Shown here: one piece after another, positions 59,014 through 64,000 of the stretch | Position numbering within the stretch: the first letter of the stretch is position 1 | Layout: each line of letters starts with the position of its first letter | Source of the DNA: Candidatus Latescibacterota bacterium | GTDB lineage: Bacteria > Latescibacterota > UBA2968 > UBA8231 | Assembly (NCBI GenBank): GCA_965217585.1 | Contig: OZ244561.1 | Span: forward strand, 6,848,001-6,912,000 | Direction: 5' to 3' | DNA: 64,000 bases | The notes under the pieces: generated by a model | The model's input: only the letters and a program-made list of their open reading frames with translations | The model's database searches: none | Told to the model about the DNA's origin: nothing | Position numbers and translations under genes: made by a program

Positions 59014-60114
59014 CTAGCCATCAACGCCCTCAACTCTACACTCATACACCTGCGCCCATCCACTCCGATCCGACGCAAAGACCACGTAGCGTCCATCCGG
59101 CGAAAAATTCGGGTGCGGATGCGTGTGCTGCGGCGCGTAGACCTCGACCGGGCCGTCGTCGTACGGGCAGTGGTCAATATTCCAATGTTTACCCTCGTTG
59201 CTCGACTGCGACAGGCAGAGCAATTGCGGCGCGCCAACGCCGTCGTTGGGGTCAAACACCTGCAACCCGCTATCGGGAAACGTCGTATCCGCCACCATCC
59301 GCGCGCCGTCCCGGCTGACCATCGGATGCCAAGCGTTGAACGAGCACACCGGGCGCACGGCCCCGCTATCGACATCGACGCCGATAACCCCGTGCGGCCA
59401 GCGCGTCGTCAGCAGCTCCCGCTTATGCGGATGCCAGGTCTCGTGGACGATCCACTCGTTGCCCTCGCGCGCGTACGCCAGCCGATGGTCGCTGCCATCC
59501 CGATTTACCACCCACATCCGCTCGTAGTACGGCCCGGCGTAGCGCAACAGCGAACTGTCATTCGGATGAAACTCTGGATGGCCAATCGAATCCCGTTCCA
59601 CAATCACCTCACTCTCACCACTACAGGTATCGATCACCACCAAGCGCGCCACAGCACCCATCTTCACCGGCACCGCCCACCACGCATCGTCGTAACTGAG
59701 CGCCGTCGTCCCCATCGCTGCTGCGACCATGCCTTTCTCGCGCATGGCCTCGGTGGCAAAAGAAGCCAATTGCTCTTCCTCGCAGGTCTCGGTATCCACC
59801 CGCCAAGCCCCTTGCCCGTCGGTGAAATAGACATAGCGGCCATCGTGCGACGGCGCGATCGAAAACTCGGCCAGCCCCTCGTGCTCAGTTAGCTGCAACA
59901 ACTGCCCGGAATCGCGCAATTCCAGAAAAAGTTCCGCGCGGCCCGTGCGGTGCGAGACAAACACCAGATGCCGCATCGCGTCGTCGTACGCGGGGATATA
60001 ATAGAACGGATGGTGGTGAATGGACGCGTGCGCCGTAATCTGGCGGACTTCAGCACCCGTCTGTGCGTCGCGCAGACTCCGCGACTCGGGCGGATAAAGC
60101 GTGCCCCGTCCCAC
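59014..60114 (-). CDS. Oligogalacturonate lyase (PL22)-like beta-propeller
   Basis: D..TG.EV.Q.T, HH.FYY, GHPEF, VHETW, WHP, THPHP.FSPDG. Confidence 0.8.
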   Translation of the reverse strand: MGRGTLYPPESRSLRDAQTGAEVRQITAHASIHHHPFYYIPAYDDAMRHLVFVSHRTGRAELFLELRDSGQLLQLTEHEGLAEFSIAPSHDGRYVYFTDGQGAWRVDTETCEEEQLASFATEAMREKGMVAAAMGTTALSYDDAWWAVPVKMGAVARLVVIDTCSGESEVIVERDSIGHPEFHPNDSSLLRYAGPYYERMWVVNRDGSDHRLAYAREGNEWIVHETWHPHKRELLTTRWPHGVIGVDVDSGAVRPVCSFNAWHPMVSRDGARMVADTTFPDSGLQVFDPNDGVGAPQLLCLSQSSNEGKHWNIDHCPYDDGPVEVYAPQHTHPHPNFSPDGRYVVFASDRSGWAQVYECRVEGVDG

Positions 60115-60116
60115 GG

Positions 60117-61397
60117 TCAGGGCTGGGCGTAGTTGACCGACATCATGCCCTCTACATCCATCGGATCGACGCCGTACTGTTTGGTGAGGCTCTGGTGCAT
60201 CGGAGCGTCCGCGGCCGCCTCGTCGGCCAATGGCAGGGCTACCCGCTGCCCCTCGTTCTGCGCCGACAAATCGCAGGCCATATTCATCACCAGTGACATC
60301 AACGCGTCTTCGTCGTCGAACTCGCTCTGCTGCACCCCTCGCACGGCGAGCGCGAAGTCGGCAATGTGGCTCATGGCCGACGCGCCGTAGTCCTTGCGCA
60401 GATTCGAATACGCATTGGTGCGGAAGGGATTTTCGTATTCGATCCGGCCCGTGCTGGTGTCGGCATAGCTCCGGGTCCAGCTATAGCCGTCGTCCTCGTC
60501 GATGACGTCAATGATCTCGTCGGCAATCGAGCGAATCGTCTCCACCCCGTGCTCAGGGTCCACCCCAGCGTCCGAACAGCGCCGAAGCTGCATCTTGGCG
60601 AGCGTAAAGCCCCCTTTGCTTGCTCCCACTCCCGGATCCTGCGCCCGGTAGAGCATCGTCCCCCGCTCGCCCTGCCATTCGGTGTACCCAGGCCGCGGAT
60701 GTCGCCCCAACCAGCCTTTGCCATTGGCGAGCTGATCGGCGACCATCTCGCCATCGGCAAAACCGAAGTAATGCGCCGTGAAGTGCTCGCCACTGTGAAA
60801 GCGGTGTGGCATTGAGCGGAAGGACGGCGTCTCCATAGAATGCCCAATGGCCTGCGCCCACACGGGATGCCCCAAAAAGCGCACCCAGCGCGAGTTGTTG
60901 TGATACCCGGTGTGGTCGGCGTAGCTGAAGATGCGGCCAATGCGGCCGATAAATCCGCTGTCTTTCACCGTCAGGGCGAAGCGGTCGCAGGCAAAGCGGA
61001 AGAAGTTTTCCGCCACGCGCACCACCACCCCCTGTTCGCGCGCCACCCGGATCATCTCCCGCGCCTGGGCTATCAAGCTGCACCAAGAGGTCTCGCACAT
61101 GTTGTGCATGCCGTGGCTCGACAGGTATATCGAATACGCGTAGTGCGACTGCACCGGCGTGACGACCAATGCCGCCTCGGCAATTCCGTCCTTGACCAAC
61201 TCGCTGACGTCGTAATAAGCCCGCGCACCGAGGGCTGCGGCCGCCCGGTCGCAATGCTCCTGGACCGGATCGACGCAGGCCACCACCTCGACCCAGTCTT
61301 TAAGCGCCGGCAACAAGGGTTGATAAATAGTGCTGGCGCGATTGCCCGTGCCGATCAGGGCGACTTTTACCGGATCATCCAACTTGGGAACTTCCAT
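60117..61397 (-). CDS. Gfo/Idh/MocA oxidoreductase
   Basis: VALIGTGNRA Rossmann motif; VAENF; start MEVPKL at 61397. Confidence 0.85.
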   Translation of the reverse strand: MEVPKLDDPVKVALIGTGNRASTIYQPLLPALKDWVEVVACVDPVQEHCDRAAAALGARAYYDVSELVKDGIAEAALVVTPVQSHYAYSIYLSSHGMHNMCETSWCSLIAQAREMIRVAREQGVVVRVAENFFRFACDRFALTVKDSGFIGRIGRIFSYADHTGYHNNSRWVRFLGHPVWAQAIGHSMETPSFRSMPHRFHSGEHFTAHYFGFADGEMVADQLANGKGWLGRHPRPGYTEWQGERGTMLYRAQDPGVGASKGGFTLAKMQLRRCSDAGVDPEHGVETIRSIADEIIDVIDEDDGYSWTRSYADTSTGRIEYENPFRTNAYSNLRKDYGASAMSHIADFALAVRGVQQSEFDDEDALMSLVMNMACDLSAQNEGQRVALPLADEAAADAPMHQSLTKQYGVDPMDVEGMMSVNYAQP

Positions 61398-61411
61398 GAC
61401 AGACCTTCTCT

Positions 61412-62371
61412 TTATTTTCGGACGCACTCGTAGCCGAGTGCCTCTAACCCCTGCCGAATGCCTGCGATCTCCGCCGGTGCCAAGTCCCGCAGGGGCCGCC
61501 GCATCTTCGGCGAGGGGAACTTGCCCAGCAGCCAACGGGCGCACTTCATGCGCTGATGCGCGCTCGACGACGGCTCGCCAAAAGCATAGACGATGCGATT
61601 GAGCGGCTCGACCTTTTTCTGCACTTCTTTCGCCCCGGCCAAATCCCCGTCCAACGCCCGCTGCACCAGCTCGACGATCAGCTCGGGCACAAAACCGGCA
61701 AAGCCGACTAGCGCCCCATCGGCCGCCTCCAGCAAGCTGGGCAGCAAGAATTCATCGTGGCAAGTGATAATCGGCACATCCGCGTTGACCTTTTTCAACT
61801 CTTGGTAGTCGTAGAGCCAGCGGCTCATATCGCGGGTGCCCATCTTGATGCACTTGACTCGGGGAATCTGCACCAGCGCCTTCATCTCGTCGAGCGTATA
61901 GCCGGCCTTGGTCCACGCCGGATACTGATGCACCACAATATCGATCCCGGCCGAAGCCACATCCTCAAAAAAGCCCACCGCGGTCTGGCTCGATCGGCCG
62001 AAGCGCAACCAGTGGTGCGGCGGCATCAACAAGATCGCATCGGCCCCGGCTTCCTTGGCCGCCAGCGCGTGGTCAATCCCCTCCAAGCTGCCCTCGACCG
62101 ACACGCCCGAGATCGTCTTCACCGCGCGCCCAGAAGCCTTGACCGTCTCGGCCACAAGCTGCGTCACCCGATTGCGCTCGGCCGGACGCAGCGACATGAT
62201 CTCGCCGGTATGGCCATTGCAGGTCAAGCCATCGACGCCATCGACCGCGGCTAATTCGGCGATATAGTCCCGCAGCCCTTCTTCGTCAATCGACTCGTCG
62301 GCGTGGAAGGGGCACAACGTCGCGGGAAACACACCCGCATAGGGGTGATCCCGCCAACTAGTAGCAGGCAT
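61412..62371 (-). CDS. DapA/N-acetylneuraminate lyase-family aldolase
   Basis: NGHTGE, A..AGADAILLMPP, Schiff-base Lys in CIKMG. Confidence 0.9.
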   Translation of the reverse strand: MPATSWRDHPYAGVFPATLCPFHADESIDEEGLRDYIAELAAVDGVDGLTCNGHTGEIMSLRPAERNRVTQLVAETVKASGRAVKTISGVSVEGSLEGIDHALAAKEAGADAILLMPPHHWLRFGRSSQTAVGFFEDVASAGIDIVVHQYPAWTKAGYTLDEMKALVQIPRVKCIKMGTRDMSRWLYDYQELKKVNADVPIITCHDEFLLPSLLEAADGALVGFAGFVPELIVELVQRALDGDLAGAKEVQKKVEPLNRIVYAFGEPSSSAHQRMKCARWLLGKFPSPKMRRPLRDLAPAEIAGIRQGLEALGYECVRK

Positions 62372-62461
62372 AGGCCATTCCTTTAGCTAGGTGAGGCCGG
62401 GAATTAAGGGAGGAGCACTTGGTCCGTCAAGCGAGACCGCACTTGCGCCGGGGCGTCGGCC

Positions 62462-62490
62462 TTGACACCTCCGCTACCCTATTCGACACT
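62462..62490 (+). promoter_or_regulatory. Putative sigma-70 promoter
   Basis: TTGACA-N17-GACACT upstream of the enolase gene; a divergent TTGACG box lies at 62425-62430 on the minus strand. Confidence 0.4.
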
Positions 62491-62528
62491 ACCTGCCTCA
62501 TATCACCCCACACCAAGGAAACCCACCC

Positions 62529-63782
62529 ATGACTGCCAAAATTACCCACGTCGCACGCTTCACCCTACAGGTGCCGTTTGTCGAGCGCGTCCGCCGCGAG
62601 ATGGAACGCGCCGGCATCCACACCTGGTCCGAGCTTGAGATCACCCGCGTCGAAACCGACGCCGGCGTCGTCGGCTGGGGCGAGACCATTCAGAACTACA
62701 CCTGGGGTCGCGTCCAAACCCACGAGCGCGTCCTCGGCCAATCGCCCTTTGCTATCATGTGGGACGACTCGTTGGGTGCCGGCCTACAGATGGCCCTCTT
62801 CGACGCTGCGGGCAAACTGGCCGGCGTGCCGCTCTATAAGCTGTTGGGCACCAAGTGCCGCGACTGGTGCGCCATTTCGTTTTGGGATCACGATATGTCG
62901 CCGGAGCGCTACGCCATTGAGGCGCAAACCGCAGTCGAACTCGGCTACACCTGCATAAAGATCAAGACCCGGCCGTGGTTCGACGTCCGTGAGACCATCC
63001 GCCAAATCAGCGCTGTCACTCCCGAGCACTTCCGCATCGACGCCGACTGGAACGCCTTTTTGAACAACGCCTCCAACGCCATCCCCTTGCTGCGCGAGCT
63101 GGAGCAGACCTTCCCCAAAATCAAAATTTTCGAAGACCCAATCCCGCGCCACGACGCCTCCGGCAACCGCTTCCTGCGCACTCAGATCAGCACTGCCATC
63201 GCCCACCACTACGGCGTGATCCACCCCCGCGAGGCCATGGAGCTAGGCGGCGTCTGCGACGGCTGGATCTTGGGCGGCGGCGTCAACGGGATCACCAGCC
63301 AAGGCAGCACTTGCGCGGCGCTGCGCATGCCTTTCTTCCTGCAAATGGTCGGTGCCGGGCCAACCACCGCCCTTTCGCTGCACCTGAGCGCGGTGCTAGT
63401 CCAAGCCCAGTGGCCGACCATCACCTGCCACGAGCTATACGAGCATAGCCTGCTCAAACAGCGGATTGAGGTCATCGGCGGCCACGCTCGAGTGCCCGAA
63501 GCGCCGGGTTTGGGCATTGAGATCGACGAAGAGGCGCTGGCAAAGTACCGCGTCGATCAAGCCGACCACAGCCTGCCCAAACGGCTGGTCAAGGTCACCC
63601 GCGCCGGCGGCATCAACATCTACTTTGCCAACTCGGGACAGAAGTGGACCTTCTTCCAAGGCGGCAACCACCCCGTTGACGAATGGGGATCGAGCACCGA
63701 GCTAGTCGATGACGACGGCAGCGCCGAATTCGCCGACCTCTACTCCCGCGCTGCCGAGTCGCCAGTGCTGACGGCGGAATGA
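62529..63782 (+). CDS. Mandelate racemase / muconate-lactonizing (enolase superfamily) protein
   Basis: G.VGWGE, MALFD..GK..GVP.Y.LLG, KIK, RIDAD, FEDP, VPEAPGLG.EID. Confidence 0.9.
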   Translation: MTAKITHVARFTLQVPFVERVRREMERAGIHTWSELEITRVETDAGVVGWGETIQNYTWGRVQTHERVLGQSPFAIMWDDSLGAGLQMALFDAAGKLAGVPLYKLLGTKCRDWCAISFWDHDMSPERYAIEAQTAVELGYTCIKIKTRPWFDVRETIRQISAVTPEHFRIDADWNAFLNNASNAIPLLRELEQTFPKIKIFEDPIPRHDASGNRFLRTQISTAIAHHYGVIHPREAMELGGVCDGWILGGGVNGITSQGSTCAALRMPFFLQMVGAGPTTALSLHLSAVLVQAQWPTITCHELYEHSLLKQRIEVIGGHARVPEAPGLGIEIDEEALAKYRVDQADHSLPKRLVKVTRAGGINIYFANSGQKWTFFQGGNHPVDEWGSSTELVDDDGSAEFADLYSRAAESPVLTAE

Positions 63783-63939
63783 GGCCGGCTGAGCGGCTAC
63801 ACGTAGGCGTATTTGTATCAGTTGCAGGCAGGTCGTCCTCGGACGTAAGATGATTGCCGTCAAATAGGAGGGATTCATCTGTTTTCCCTTTTATATATCT
63901 GCCCAGCGGCCCGACCTGGTCGCCCCCATCAGCAGTTAC

Positions 63940-63990
63940 TTGCAAAAGGGCCGTCCTTAGTCTAATTCTGAGGACGGCCTATTTTTGCAA
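63940..63990. terminator. Bidirectional rho-independent terminator
   Basis: ttgcaaaagggccgtccttag / ctgaggacggcctatttttgcaa inverted repeat with A- and T-runs. Confidence 0.7.
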
Positions 63991-64000
63991 TATACTAAAT

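Overview
GC-rich bacterial window, densely coding and mostly minus-strand. I see no rRNA, tRNA, CRISPR array, integrase or transposase. The gene content (FlgD-Ig/T9SS-like C-terminal domains, a recurrent C-terminal [ST]WGx[IV]K motif, a DUF6785-like membrane protein, a sulfatase-like enzyme, and FG-GAP/PD40/WD40/TPR repeat proteins) suggests an FCB-group, Latescibacterota-like and possibly host-associated organism; this is inference only. Highlights: (1) 1-6.6 kb is an operon of six secreted proteins built from shared leader, payload and tail modules. It sits behind a sigma-54 promoter with three 21-bp-phased CACG-N6-CGTG sites, and the adjacent activator gene has collapsed to a Y_Y_Y/Fis-HTH remnant. 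(2) 10.4-23.3 kb is a block bounded by a 28-bp direct repeat. It encodes a TWGxIK protein, then a terminator, a lipoprotein, two paralogous discoidin/FlgD proteins, a probable outer-membrane barrel, a PPIase and GGT, and is a candidate novel surface-assembly/secretion system. (3) A GmrSD-type nuclease is fused in frame to a RelB-like antitoxin directly upstream of relE. (4) A sulfatase-like enzyme and a GH32 have non-canonical active sites. (5) A DtxR-like operator lies upstream of a secreted dehydrogenase operon. The rest is carbohydrate and amino-acid catabolism.
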